From Steroidobacteraceae bacterium (GTDB lineage: Bacteria > Pseudomonadota > Gammaproteobacteria > Steroidobacterales > Steroidobacteraceae): a stretch of DNA of 64,000 nucleotides. The position numbers were made by a program, and so were the translations under genes. The notes beneath the pieces were generated by a model. The model worked only from the letters and a program-made list of their open reading frames with translations. It was not told where the DNA came from and searched no databases. Location of the stretch: assembly GCA_035252605.1 (NCBI GenBank), contig DATFCZ010000123.1, forward strand, positions 6,632-70,631, given 5' to 3'. Positions 1 through 9,724 of this stretch are shown one piece after another (within the stretch, counting starts at the first letter, position 1; the number at the start of each line of letters is the position of its first letter).

Positions 1-1328
1 GCAGCCGCGGGGCCTGCACGTTCACCGTCCTGCCGCAGAGCGTGGAGGTGGACTTCGGTGGCTTCGCCAGCCGGCTCGTCAAGGCGCTCGCGGAGCTCGG
101 GCGCGCCGAGCTCGTCTGGAGCGTGCGCGCCAAGACCCACACCAGCCAATGGTTCAACCGAATCGAAGCCGCGAACGACTACGTCGTGTACGTCGCCGAT
201 CCGAGCGCGGACCGGTGGACCAAGCTCTGCGTGCGCCAGGCGGATGCGCTGCTGCTGCTCGCGCGGGCGGAAAGCCCGGCCGGCAGTTGGGCTGCGCTGA
301 ATCCGCACGATCACAGCATGGCGCCGCAGCGCTCGGAGCTCATCCTCCTGCACGACAGCACGCTCGAGACCGGCGCCGCCGCGCGCTGGCTCGCGGACCT
401 GCCGGACATTCCCCATCACCACATTCAGGATCCCGGCGACTATTCGCATCTCGCGCGCGTGTTGACCGGACGCGGCGTGGGGCTCGTGTTCTCCGGAGGA
501 GGCGCGCGGGGATTTGCGCACATCGGCATCGTCAGGGCACTGCGCGAGGCGGGTATCCCCATCGATCTCGTGGGCGGCACCAGCATGGGCGCCATACTCG
601 GCGCCGGCGTGGCGCTGCGCTGGAGCATCGACGAGCTGACGGAGCGCTTCCGGCGGGCGTTCGTGGATTCGCGGCCGCTGCGGGACTACACGCTGCCCTT
701 CGTCTCGCTCGTCTCCGGGCACAAGGTGAGCACGCGGCTCTACGAAGCGTTCGGCGACCTTGCGATCGAGGACCTGCCGCTCGAGTTCTTCTGCGTTTCC
801 TCCAATCTCACCACCGGCCAGACGATGGTGCATCGGCGCGGAACCCTGTGGCGCTGGCTGCGCGCCTCGGTAGCGGTTCCGGGAGTTCTGCCGCCGGTCC
901 TGCATCGCGGCGAGGTGTTGGTTGATGGCGCCGCGATGAACAACCTGCCGGTCGATGTCATGCGTGAGCTCGGCCGCGGACCTGTGATCGGAAGCGATGT
1001 CGGGGCGGACAGGGCCTTCACCGCCCGCAGCGACGAGATCGACGTGCCGTTGCCGTGGCAGCTGCTGCGCTGGATCAAGGCGCGCCGGCGCTGCCCCACC
1101 ATTTTCCAGATCCTCTGGCGTGCCGGCATGGTCAACAGTACCGCGAGCACGATTGCTCATCGCGCGCAATCGGACCTCATCCTGCAACCCTCGCTCGCGG
1201 AGGTCGATATGCTCAATTGGCAGGCATTCGATCGCGCGATTCAGGCCGGATACGACTACGCGGTGAAGAGATTGGAGGAGCTGCCCGCGGACTCGCCGGT
1301 GTTGAGATGCGCGGCGGGCGGCTCATGA
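1..1328 (+). CDS. Patatin-like phospholipase domain protein, C-terminal part (5' end cut by window edge)
   Basis: Reading frame is open back to base 3. Oxyanion motif SGGGARG, nucleophile elbow GTSMG and catalytic Asp context LVDGAAMNNLP are typical of NTE/RssA-type patatins. The upstream part, often cNMP-binding domains, lies outside the window. Confidence 0.85.
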   Translation, partial: SRGACTFTVLPQSVEVDFGGFASRLVKALAELGRAELVWSVRAKTHTSQWFNRIEAANDYVVYVADPSADRWTKLCVRQADALLLLARAESPAGSWAALNPHDHSMAPQRSELILLHDSTLETGAAARWLADLPDIPHHHIQDPGDYSHLARVLTGRGVGLVFSGGGARGFAHIGIVRALREAGIPIDLVGGTSMGAILGAGVALRWSIDELTERFRRAFVDSRPLRDYTLPFVSLVSGHKVSTRLYEAFGDLAIEDLPLEFFCVSSNLTTGQTMVHRRGTLWRWLRASVAVPGVLPPVLHRGEVLVDGAAMNNLPVDVMRELGRGPVIGSDVGADRAFTARSDEIDVPLPWQLLRWIKARRRCPTIFQILWRAGMVNSTASTIAHRAQSDLILQPSLAEVDMLNWQAFDRAIQAGYDYAVKRLEELPADSPVLRCAAGGS

Positions 1329-2816
1329 GGCAGCCACGGCGCCGAGAGACCCTCGAGCCGTGATGAGATCGTAGGCCTCGCCGAGCGCGCGCACGAAGCG
1401 CGGCTCGCGCGCCAGAGTCTCGGGAAAGACGCTGCGCAGCGCAAGGAAGCGCGGCAGATCATGGCCGGCATCGCCGGTGAGGCAGCCGCCGAGCGCCGTC
1501 AGCTCCGCGGCGAGCGGGTCGACGATCGCCACGCCTTCCCGGGCGCGCGCCCGGATGAATTGCATCCAGGCGGCGACGGGCGTGGTGAGCCGCGCGAGCG
1601 GCTGCCCGAGGCGCAGGGCATCGGCGATGGTGCCGAGGATCCTGATCGGCAGCTTCTGCGAGCCGTCCCACGCAATCTGGGAGAGCTGATGGCGCATGGC
1701 CGGGTTCTCGAATCGGCGCAGGATCGATTGTCGGTACTCATCCAGCGCGTCGGCGCCCGGCGCGGTCAGGGTACGGCCGATGTCTTCGACCATCAGGCGC
1801 TCGATGAAAGCGCGCAGCAGGGGCTGCGCCACGGCTTCGGCGACCGTCTCGAGCCCGGCGAGGAGGCCGAGGTAAGCGAGGCTCGAGTGCGCGCCGTTCA
1901 ACAGGCGCAGTTTCGCCCGCTCGTACGCCGTCACATCGCGGCTCACCGTGACGCCGACCGAGGCCCAGTCGGGTTGTGCCGCGGACTCGACTTCCTCCAA
2001 TACCCACTGTACGAAGCGCTCGCGCTGGACCGGCCAGGCGTCCACGAGCCCGGCGGCCTGCGCCACCCGATCGCGCAGCGCCTGATCCGTGGCCGGGGTG
2101 ATGCTGTCGACCATGGTGCGGGGAAAGCGCGCCGTCTTTTCGATCCAGGCGGCGAGGCCGGCCGCGCGTCGCGCCGCGAAAGCCAACACGGCACGCCGCA
2201 GCGTCGGGCCGTTGTCGGCGAGATTGTCGCAGGAGACGAGGAGATAGGGCGCGAGCCCGCGCTCGCGCCGCAGCTCGAGGCCGCACACCAGCCAGCCGAT
2301 GAGGCTGCGCGGTGTCTCGGGATGGCGCAGGTCGTGCGCGATGTCGGGATGTGCGAGGTCGAGCTCCCCACTGCCATCGAGGCAGTACCCCTTCTCGGTG
2401 ACCGTCATCGTGACCACGGAGGTGTCAGGATCGCAGAGGCGGCTGCTCACCGCGCCCGGGCTCTCCGCCGCCACCAGCAGCTCGCGCAGTGCGCCGATGA
2501 TACGCAGTGTCGGCGCGGCATCGAGCTCGACCAGGGTATAGAGCCCGTCCTGAGGCGCGAGCGCATCGCGCAGCGAGGCGGTCCTCAGCGAGACCGCGCA
2601 GAGGGCTCGCGTCGGATCCTTCTCCAGCAGCCGCTCGAAATAAGACGCCTGGTGGGCCCGGTGAAACGCCCCCGGCCCGAAGTGCACCGAGCCGATGCGC
2701 GTCTGCGAGCGGCGATAACCGGGACGAAGCAGTTGCGCCGATGCGCGCTCGAGCGTGTGCTCGCTGAGGCGCGGCAGGCCTGCCAGCTCGCCTGCGGGCC
2801 CGGCGCCGCGGCTCAT
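1323..2816 (-). CDS. Mannitol dehydrogenase family oxidoreductase (mannitol 2-dehydrogenase / fructuronate reductase-like)
   Basis: 497 aa. N-terminal Rossmann segment VHFGPGAFHRAHQASYF and TMTVTEKGY motif are characteristic of the long-chain mannitol dehydrogenase family. ATGA overlap with the upstream GST stop (2813-2816). Confidence 0.8.
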   Translation of the reverse strand: MSRGAGPAGELAGLPRLSEHTLERASAQLLRPGYRRSQTRIGSVHFGPGAFHRAHQASYFERLLEKDPTRALCAVSLRTASLRDALAPQDGLYTLVELDAAPTLRIIGALRELLVAAESPGAVSSRLCDPDTSVVTMTVTEKGYCLDGSGELDLAHPDIAHDLRHPETPRSLIGWLVCGLELRRERGLAPYLLVSCDNLADNGPTLRRAVLAFAARRAAGLAAWIEKTARFPRTMVDSITPATDQALRDRVAQAAGLVDAWPVQRERFVQWVLEEVESAAQPDWASVGVTVSRDVTAYERAKLRLLNGAHSSLAYLGLLAGLETVAEAVAQPLLRAFIERLMVEDIGRTLTAPGADALDEYRQSILRRFENPAMRHQLSQIAWDGSQKLPIRILGTIADALRLGQPLARLTTPVAAWMQFIRARAREGVAIVDPLAAELTALGGCLTGDAGHDLPRFLALRSVFPETLAREPRFVRALGEAYDLITARGSLGAVAAS

Positions 2817-3412
2817 TGGGTCCCGTCTTTCTCCATCATGCGTTTGAAGGCGGGACGGTTGGTGATCCTCGCGGCGTAGTCCTTGAACACCGGCGTTTCG
2901 GTCATGAGCCTGAACATCATCATGAAGTTGATGGTGCCCCCGAGGGAGATGTCCGCGGCGGAGAACTCATCGCCCAGCAGGTACTGGCGGCGGGAAAGCA
3001 CCGAGTTCAGCACCTCCTCCACCTCGCCCGCCTCCGCCCAGCCCATCGTGCCCGGGATGTGCTTGACCTCGAGTCGGCGCATCATCAGCGCGGGCTCGAG
3101 CACTCCCGGCCGATAGGCGAGCCAGGAGAGATACTCGCCGCGCCTCGGATCACCCACGCGCGGACCGAGCTTCGCTTCCGGAAAAAGATCGGTGAGATAA
3201 AGCGTGATGGCGGCGATCTCGAACACCCGCTGTCCGTCATGTTCGAGACAGGGCACCTTGCCATGCGGATGAGGATTCCCCGGATCGCGCGCGCCGCTGC
3301 CATCGCCGCGGCGGATGTTGACGATCTTCGTCTGGTAGGGAACACCGAGCTCCTCGAGCACCCAGACGACGGTTGCGGAGCGGGACTTCGGCGCGTGATA
3401 GAGCGTAAGCAT
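2813..3412 (-). CDS. Glutathione S-transferase
   Basis: The track ORF runs to 3511, but the GST fold starts at MLTLYHAPKSRSATVVWVLEELGVPY (ATG at 3412). Thioredoxin-like N-domain plus helical C-domain; about 200 aa is typical. Confidence 0.8.
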   Translation of the reverse strand: MLTLYHAPKSRSATVVWVLEELGVPYQTKIVNIRRGDGSGARDPGNPHPHGKVPCLEHDGQRVFEIAAITLYLTDLFPEAKLGPRVGDPRRGEYLSWLAYRPGVLEPALMMRRLEVKHIPGTMGWAEAGEVEEVLNSVLSRRQYLLGDEFSAADISLGGTINFMMMFRLMTETPVFKDYAARITNRPAFKRMMEKDGTQ

Positions 3413-3523
3413 GGGATGGCCTCTGTCGGGTGGGCGCCCCGACTGTCGCATAACCGCAGGATGCCTGCCAGCTGCGCGCCGGCGGTGGCTAACCCCGCGG
3501 CGCGATGACACAGCGCCGTAAGA

Positions 3524-3883
3524 TCAGTCGTGCGGCCGCGGGCTCCGCGGGTGTTCGCGGATGGGGCGGATGGGGCGCACCTCGATGCAGCCGACCTCCG
3601 CCGGCGGGATTTTCGCGGCGATCTGGATGGCCTCGTTGAGGTCGCGCGCCTCGACCAGATAGAAACCGGCGAGCTGTTCCTTCGTCTCGGCGAACGGACC
3701 ATCGGTCACCGACAGCCGGCCGTTGCGCACGCGCACCGTGGTCGCCGTCGCCACCGGCTCGAGCGCCTCGGAAGCGACACATTGGCCGCGCGCACGCAGC
3801 TCGGCGTCGCAGGCCAGGCACTTGCGGTCGTCCATCTCGCCGATCTTCCGCTCCTCGCCATACACCAGGCACAGGTATCTCAT
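3524..3883 (-). CDS. YciI-like (YCII) family protein
   Basis: 119 aa, MRYLCLVYGEE... start and overall pattern are typical of YCII-related proteins. Lies immediately downstream of an ECF-type sigma gene, a recurrent pairing. Confidence 0.8.
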   Translation of the reverse strand: MRYLCLVYGEERKIGEMDDRKCLACDAELRARGQCVASEALEPVATATTVRVRNGRLSVTDGPFAETKEQLAGFYLVEARDLNEAIQIAAKIPPAEVGCIEVRPIRPIREHPRSPRPHD

Positions 3884-3955
3884 CGCCGCACCTCGCCGTC
3901 AGGGTTGAGTCAAGGGCCCTACCGATAGCCGAATCGGTCTGCGCAGGATCGACAC

Positions 3956-5212
3956 TCAGCCTCCGGCGAGCTCCGCCAGCCGGCGCTGCAGGAACTGCCG
4001 CTCGGGCTCGAGCTGCGTCAGGGCAAGCGCCCGCCCATAGGCCGCGCGCGCCTCGGCCCCTCTGCCCAGCCGGCGGCAGAGGTCGGCGCGCGCCGCATGC
4101 GCCAGCCGGTACTCGCTGAGCTCTCCCCTCTCGAGCAGGTCGTCCACGAGCTCAAGTCCCGCCGCCGGGCCATCGCGCATGGCGAGAGCCACCGCGCGGT
4201 TGAGCTCGATGATCGGGCTCGGCTCGATGCTGAGCAGCAGATCGTAGAGCGAGACGATCTCCTTCCAATCGGTGTCGGCGGCCCGGGGTGCCCGGCAATG
4301 GACCGCGCTGATCGCGGCCTGCAGCGTGTAGGGACCGAAGCGGCGGGTTGCCAGCGCCCGTCCCACCAGCGCCGACCCTTCCTCGATCTGCGCGCGGTTC
4401 CAGAGCGAGCGATCCTGCTCCTCGAGCACGATGAGCTCTCCTGCCCGGGAGGTGCGCGCGCCGCGCCGGGAATCGTGCAGCAGCATCAGCGCCAATAGCC
4501 CGATCGCCTCCGTCTCCGGCAGCATCTCGGTGAGCAGTCGCCCGAGGCGGATGGCCTCGCTCGCAAGATCGAGGCGCATGAGCTCCGTGCCGCTGCTTGC
4601 GATGTAGCCCTCGTTGAATACGAGATAGATGACCCGCAGGACCGACTCCAGGCGCGAGGACAGCTCGTCCGGTCCGGGCACTTCGTAAGGGATCCGCGCG
4701 TCGCGAATCTTCGCCTTGGCGCGCACGATCCGCTGCGCCAGGGTCGGTACGGGCGTCAGGAAAGCCTGCGCGATCTGCTCGGTGGTCAGGCCGCAGACTT
4801 CCCGTAGAGTCAGAGCCACCTGCGCGTCGGCGGCGAGCGCCGGATGACAGCAGGTGAAGATCAGCCGCAGCCGGTCATCCGCTACGCCGCTGCCCTCATC
4901 CTCCGCGGCAGGCTCGCTGGCGGCGGCATCGTGAGCGAGGGGGTCGAACGCCTCGAACCGAGCCTGGCGCCTCAGCTGATCGATGCTGCGAAACCGTCCG
5001 GCGGAGACCAGCCAGGCGCGAGGGTTGTCCGGCAGACCTTGCTCCGGCCACTTCTCGAGCGCGGCCCGGAAAGCATCGTGCAGAGCTTCTTCGGCCCGGT
5101 CGAAATCGCCGAGCAGCCGGATCAGGGTCGCGAGCACCGCGCGCGACTCGCTCTGATAGACGGCCTCGATGCGCCGCTTGATGTCCGGCTCGGGCATGGC
5201 GCTCTCTCTCAT
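3956..5212 (-). CDS. ECF-type RNA polymerase sigma factor with long C-terminal extension (SigJ-like)
   Basis: 418 aa. Sigma-70 region 2 (RAWLVSAGRFRSIDQLRR) and region 4 (LTLREVCGLTTEQIAQAFLTPVPTLAQRIVRAK) are followed by a helical/TPR-like tail of about 230 aa. Alternative start at 5197 (MPEPD). ATGA overlap with the mtnP stop if 5212 is used. Confidence 0.8.
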   Translation of the reverse strand: MRESAMPEPDIKRRIEAVYQSESRAVLATLIRLLGDFDRAEEALHDAFRAALEKWPEQGLPDNPRAWLVSAGRFRSIDQLRRQARFEAFDPLAHDAAASEPAAEDEGSGVADDRLRLIFTCCHPALAADAQVALTLREVCGLTTEQIAQAFLTPVPTLAQRIVRAKAKIRDARIPYEVPGPDELSSRLESVLRVIYLVFNEGYIASSGTELMRLDLASEAIRLGRLLTEMLPETEAIGLLALMLLHDSRRGARTSRAGELIVLEEQDRSLWNRAQIEEGSALVGRALATRRFGPYTLQAAISAVHCRAPRAADTDWKEIVSLYDLLLSIEPSPIIELNRAVALAMRDGPAAGLELVDDLLERGELSEYRLAHAARADLCRRLGRGAEARAAYGRALALTQLEPERQFLQRRLAELAGG

Positions 5213-6054
5213 TGCAACAGAAAGTCGAGCAACGCCTTCTGTTCCCGAGTCAACTGATCCCTCGGGGTCACCACCGCCGCCTCGAGCGCCCGCCGGCAGG
5301 GACGCGTCTCATCCTCCACGTACTCGGCCGCCACTGCCGCGATCAGCCGCTGCACCCGCCCCAGGCTCTCGCGGAACTGCCCGATCACCTGCTCCGCCGA
5401 CACATGCTGCGTGACATCATCCAGCCAGCAGTCGTAATCCGTCGCCACCGTAACGACGCAGTATCCCAACTGCGCCTCGAGCGCCAGAAACGCCTCGGGC
5501 ACATTGGTCATGCCCACCAGGTCCGCGCCCGCTGCTCGCAACCAGAAGCTCTCCGCGCGGGTCCCGAGCCTCGGTCCCTCGACACAGGCGTAGGTCTTGT
5601 CGCGATGGATCGGTTGGCCCAGGGTCTGCGCCACGCGAGCGATGAGGGCCGCCGTGTGAGCGCAGGTTGGGTGAGCGGTGGACACGTGCGCGACCAGCCC
5701 CCTGCCGAAGAAGCTCGCCGCGCGCAGGCCCTTGGTGAAATCGAGATACTGCGAGGGCAGCGCCAGGTCGCCGGGACGGATCTCCTCCCTGAGGCTCCCG
5801 ACGGCCGATACCCCGATGACGGTCCGCACCCCGACGCTCTTCAGCGCCCAGACGTTCGCCCGGAAATTGATCTCGCTCGGCAGCAGGTCGTGGTGCAGGC
5901 CATGCCGTGGCAGAAACGCGATCTCCCGCCCGGCCAGCCGGCCCAGCATGATCGGTCCCGAGGGATGCCCGAATGGCGTCTCGATCTCGCTCGAGCGGGT
6001 GACTTCGAGGCCTTCCATCCGGTAGAGACCGGTGCCGCCGACGATGCCGATCAT
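5209..6054 (-). CDS. mtnP: S-methyl-5'-thioadenosine phosphorylase
   Basis: PNP/MTAP family. IGIVGGTGLY phosphate loop at the N-terminus (start trimmed to ATG 6054) and GMTNVPEAFLA motif. Confidence 0.8.
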   Translation of the reverse strand: MIGIVGGTGLYRMEGLEVTRSSEIETPFGHPSGPIMLGRLAGREIAFLPRHGLHHDLLPSEINFRANVWALKSVGVRTVIGVSAVGSLREEIRPGDLALPSQYLDFTKGLRAASFFGRGLVAHVSTAHPTCAHTAALIARVAQTLGQPIHRDKTYACVEGPRLGTRAESFWLRAAGADLVGMTNVPEAFLALEAQLGYCVVTVATDYDCWLDDVTQHVSAEQVIGQFRESLGRVQRLIAAVAAEYVEDETRPCRRALEAAVVTPRDQLTREQKALLDFLLQ

Positions 6055-6340
6055 TGGGATACTCCGTTGCGCGGGTGCCCCGCGAGGCGGCAAGATGCCA
6101 GATGCGCAGCCCTCGCGGTAGGCTTGCGGGTTCGCGCCCCTACCTTCAGCGAGTTACCTAAAGCATGAATCGGAACGACCGAGTGATCCAGGCACAGGGA
6201 TGTGCCCCGCCGCCGCAGGGCGAGGCGGTGTCTTCTAGCGAAGCACTGCTTCGCCCGCCGAGCGGGCTTTGGGCAAAAACCACGCTTTTTGACCAAAGCA
6301 GCGCTGGGCCGGGCAGGATGCCTGGATCCAGCGCTTCAAC

Positions 6341-7924
6341 ATGAGCAGCCCCGGCCTCGACATCGCCTTCGAGCGGCGCCTGTCCGCGCTCGTCAACTGC
6401 GGTCAGCCCGAAATCCTCCAGGGCGGACGCAAGGGCCTCGAGAAGGAGTCGCTGCGCGTCACGCCGGAGGGGCGCCTCGTCCAGACGCCACATCCGCGCG
6501 CGCTCGGCTCGGCGCTCACCAGCGAGCACATCACGACCGATTATTCCGAGGCGTTGATCGAGCTCGTGACACCGACCTTCACCGCGACCTGGGAGCTGTT
6601 GCAGTACCTGCTCGATCTGCACCAGTTCGTTTACCGCCACCTCGGCAGCGAGCTGCTGTGGGCGACCAGCATGCCGGGGGCAATCTCCCGGGATGAGGAC
6701 ATCCCGATCGCTGACTACGGCCGCTCGCACATCGGGATGATGAAGACCGTCTACCGGCGCGGACTCGGGCTGCGATACGGCCGCATGATGCAGGCCATCT
6801 CGGGCGTGCACTTCAACTATTCCTTCCCGCTGCCCTTCTGGGAGACTTACGCCGATCTGCTCAAGTCCCGGGAGCGGGACGGCCCGTTCGTGTCCGCGCG
6901 ATACTTCGATCTGCTGCGCAACTACCGGCGCCACGGCTGGATTGTGCTGTATCTCTTCGGCATCTCGCCCGTGGTCTGCAAGTCCTTTCTCAAGGGACGC
7001 GACTACTCGCTTCGAGATTTCACCGCCGATACCGCCTACGAGCCCTATGGGACCAGTCTCAGGATGAGCGACATCGGCTACCGCAACCGCAACCAGGCGG
7101 ATCTCACGGTCTCCGTCAACAGCCTGGAGGAGTACGTTCGCGATCTGACTCACGCCATCACGACCCCGCATCCGCCCTATGAGGCGCTCGGCGTCAAGGT
7201 CAAGGGCGAGTACCGGCAGCTCAACGCCAACATCCTGCAGATTGAGAACGAGTACTACAGCTTCATCCGTCCGAAGCGCGTGGCCCGCTCCGGCGAGCGG
7301 CCGACCAAGGCGCTCACGCGCGCCGGCGTCGAGTACGTCGAAGTGCGGGCACTCGATGTGAGCGCCTTCGATCCCGTGGGCGTCAATCAGAACAAGCTGC
7401 GCTTCCTCGAGGCCTTTCTCGCCCTCTGCCTGCTGAAGGACAGCCCCATGATCGGCGCCGAGGAGCAGCGCTCGCTCGATCAGAACCATCTGACGGTGGC
7501 CCGCCGCGGACGTGAGCCCGGGCTCACGCTCTGGCGGGACGGACGCAATGTTCCGATGCGCGAGTGGGCACGGGAGCTCATCGACTCGCTCACCGGTATC
7601 TGCGAGATTCTCGACCGGGGCGATGCTTCCCGGCCCTATTCGGCGGCGCTCGCCGACCAGAGGGCCAAGGTCGAGGATGTGGGGCTCACGCCCTCGGCGC
7701 GCATGATGGAGGATCTCACCGACAGCGGCGAGCCGTTCTTCGACCTCGCGCTGCGGATGTCGGCGACCCACAAGGACTATTTCCTCGATCTTTACCCGCC
7801 GAACGAGGCGCGCCTGAAGGAGTTCGCGAGCGAGGCCGAGGAGTCCCTCGCCCGTCAGCGGGCGATCGAGGCGGCCGATCGCGGCAGCTTCGATGAGTTC
7901 CTGGCGCGCTACTTCAAGGATTGA
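6341..7924 (+). CDS. gshA: Glutamate--cysteine ligase (proteobacterial type)
   Basis: 527 aa, full-length resemblance to GshA (GVHFNYSFP, YFDLLRNYRRHGWIVLYLFGISP, VEYVEVRALD). Confidence 0.9.
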   Translation: MSSPGLDIAFERRLSALVNCGQPEILQGGRKGLEKESLRVTPEGRLVQTPHPRALGSALTSEHITTDYSEALIELVTPTFTATWELLQYLLDLHQFVYRHLGSELLWATSMPGAISRDEDIPIADYGRSHIGMMKTVYRRGLGLRYGRMMQAISGVHFNYSFPLPFWETYADLLKSRERDGPFVSARYFDLLRNYRRHGWIVLYLFGISPVVCKSFLKGRDYSLRDFTADTAYEPYGTSLRMSDIGYRNRNQADLTVSVNSLEEYVRDLTHAITTPHPPYEALGVKVKGEYRQLNANILQIENEYYSFIRPKRVARSGERPTKALTRAGVEYVEVRALDVSAFDPVGVNQNKLRFLEAFLALCLLKDSPMIGAEEQRSLDQNHLTVARRGREPGLTLWRDGRNVPMREWARELIDSLTGICEILDRGDASRPYSAALADQRAKVEDVGLTPSARMMEDLTDSGEPFFDLALRMSATHKDYFLDLYPPNEARLKEFASEAEESLARQRAIEAADRGSFDEFLARYFKD

Positions 7925-7981
7925 GCCCATCTACCGAAATAGGCATTGCGGCACGATGACAGCTGACGGATTCTTCACGGC

Positions 7982-8902
7982 ATGAACGCACTTTCCGTCC
8001 GCGGATTGACCAAGACCTACCGCAACGGCGTGCAGGCCCTCAAGGGCATCGACCTAGAGGTCGAGCAGGGCGATTTTTTCGCGCTCTTGGGGCCCAACGG
8101 CGCCGGCAAGACGACCTTGATCGGCATCATGACATCACTGGTCACCAAGACCGGGGGCGAGGCCGCGGTCTTCGGCCACGATATCGACCGCGAGCTCGAG
8201 GCGGCCAAGGCCTGCATCGGCGTCGTGCCGCAGGAGCTCAACTTCAACATGTTCGAGACGCCCGAGACCATCGTCGTCAACCAGGCGGGTTTCTACGGCA
8301 TTCCTCGAGCGCAGGCCCGGCAGCGGGCGGAGCGGTACCTGAAGCAGCTGCAGCTCTGGGACAAGCGCGATAAAGCATCGCGCGGCCTCTCGGGCGGCAT
8401 GAAGCGGCGCCTGATGATCGCCCGCGCCCTGATGCACGAGCCGCGGCTCCTGATCCTCGATGAGCCGACCGCCGGCGTCGATATCGAGGTCCGCCGCTCG
8501 ATGTGGGATTTTCTGCGGGAGATCAACCGCCGCGGCACCACCATCATCCTGACGACGCACTATCTCGAAGAAGCCGAGACGCTCTGCCGGGACATCGCCA
8601 TCATCGACGGCGGCCGCATCGTCGAGCGCGACCGCATGAGCAGCCTGTTGCGGCGCCTGCACATGGAGACTTTCGTGCTCAACACCAACTCGCCGGTCAC
8701 GGCCGCGCCGCGGTTGGAAGGCTACTCCGTGCGGCTCAGCGACGACCACACTCTGGAGATCGATGTCTCCAAGGGTCAGAACCTCAATGATGTGTTCGGG
8801 CGCCTGTCGCAGCTCGGCATCGAAGTGGTGAGCATGCGCAACAAGGTCAACCGCCTCGAGGAGATCTTCATGCGCCTGGTCGAGAAGGGAGCAGCGGCAT
8901 GA
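7982..8902 (+). CDS. ABC transporter ATP-binding protein (ABC-2/YadG-like)
   Basis: Walker A GPNGAGKTT, signature LSGGMKRR, Walker B LLILDEPT. Confidence 0.9.
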   Translation: MNALSVRGLTKTYRNGVQALKGIDLEVEQGDFFALLGPNGAGKTTLIGIMTSLVTKTGGEAAVFGHDIDRELEAAKACIGVVPQELNFNMFETPETIVVNQAGFYGIPRAQARQRAERYLKQLQLWDKRDKASRGLSGGMKRRLMIARALMHEPRLLILDEPTAGVDIEVRRSMWDFLREINRRGTTIILTTHYLEEAETLCRDIAIIDGGRIVERDRMSSLLRRLHMETFVLNTNSPVTAAPRLEGYSVRLSDDHTLEIDVSKGQNLNDVFGRLSQLGIEVVSMRNKVNRLEEIFMRLVEKGAAA

Positions 8903-9711
8903 GCACGCTCGCCGAGACCGCCGCGCCGCAGCCGCTCAGGCTCGGCCGCACCCGCTGGATCGGCTTCGAGACCATCGTCGTCCGCGAGTACCAGCGGATC
9001 ATACGCATCTGGACCCAGACCATCCTGCCCTCGGCCGTGACGCAGGCGCTCTACTTCGCGATCTTCGGCAGTCTGCTCGGCAACCGCATCGGAGCCATGG
9101 GCGGCTTCGGTTACATGGAGTACATGGCCCCCGGTCTCATCATGATGGCCGTCAACGTCAACTCCTACTCCAACGTCGTCTCGTCGTTCTATGGCGCGAA
9201 GTTCGGCAAACATGTCGAGGAGCTGCTGGTCTCGCCGCTTCCGAGCTGGCTCATCGTCTGCGGCTATATGACGGGCGGCCTCGTGCGCGGGGCGCTGGTC
9301 GGCCTCGCGGTGACGGGCGTGACGCTCGTTTTCACGAATCTTCACGTGCAGCATCCGCTCATCGTCGCCGCCGCGGCGCTTCTCAGCTCGATCATCTTCG
9401 CCCTGGGTGGGTTTCTCAACGCGCTCTTCGCCAAGAACTTCGATCAGGTCAACATCATCCCGACCTTCGTGCTGACGCCGCTTTATTGGTTCGGTGGCAT
9501 CTTCTACTCGGTCGCGCTGCTGCCGCGCTGGGCGCATGCAATCTCGTTCTTCAACCCCATCCTCTACATGGTCGACGCCTTCCGCTACGGCTTCCTCGGC
9601 GTATCCGACGTCAGCGTGGCCGGTGCGTTCGCCATCATGGCCGGCGCCGCGGCGGTGCTGTTCGTCGGCTCCATCGCCTACATGGAGCGGGGCGCCGGAA
9701 TCCGCGAATGA
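8899..9711 (+). CDS. ABC-2 type transporter permease (YadH-like)
   Basis: 270 aa multi-helix hydrophobic protein. ATGA overlap with the preceding ATPase gene. Confidence 0.85.
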   Translation: MSTLAETAAPQPLRLGRTRWIGFETIVVREYQRIIRIWTQTILPSAVTQALYFAIFGSLLGNRIGAMGGFGYMEYMAPGLIMMAVNVNSYSNVVSSFYGAKFGKHVEELLVSPLPSWLIVCGYMTGGLVRGALVGLAVTGVTLVFTNLHVQHPLIVAAAALLSSIIFALGGFLNALFAKNFDQVNIIPTFVLTPLYWFGGIFYSVALLPRWAHAISFFNPILYMVDAFRYGFLGVSDVSVAGAFAIMAGAAAVLFVGSIAYMERGAGIRE

Positions 9712-9724
9712 TCAGAGCCGGCTA

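Noticed and set aside
1461-2879. 472-aa plus-strand ORF
   Set aside because: Antisense to the mannitol-dehydrogenase-family gene. Low-complexity R/A/G-rich translation with no family resemblance.
6158-7930. 590-aa ORF on the minus strand covering the whole gshA locus
   Set aside because: It is exactly antisense to a full-length, motif-rich gshA. Its composition is Arg/Ala/Gly/Leu-rich with no recognisable domain, which is the typical high-GC antisense-frame artefact.
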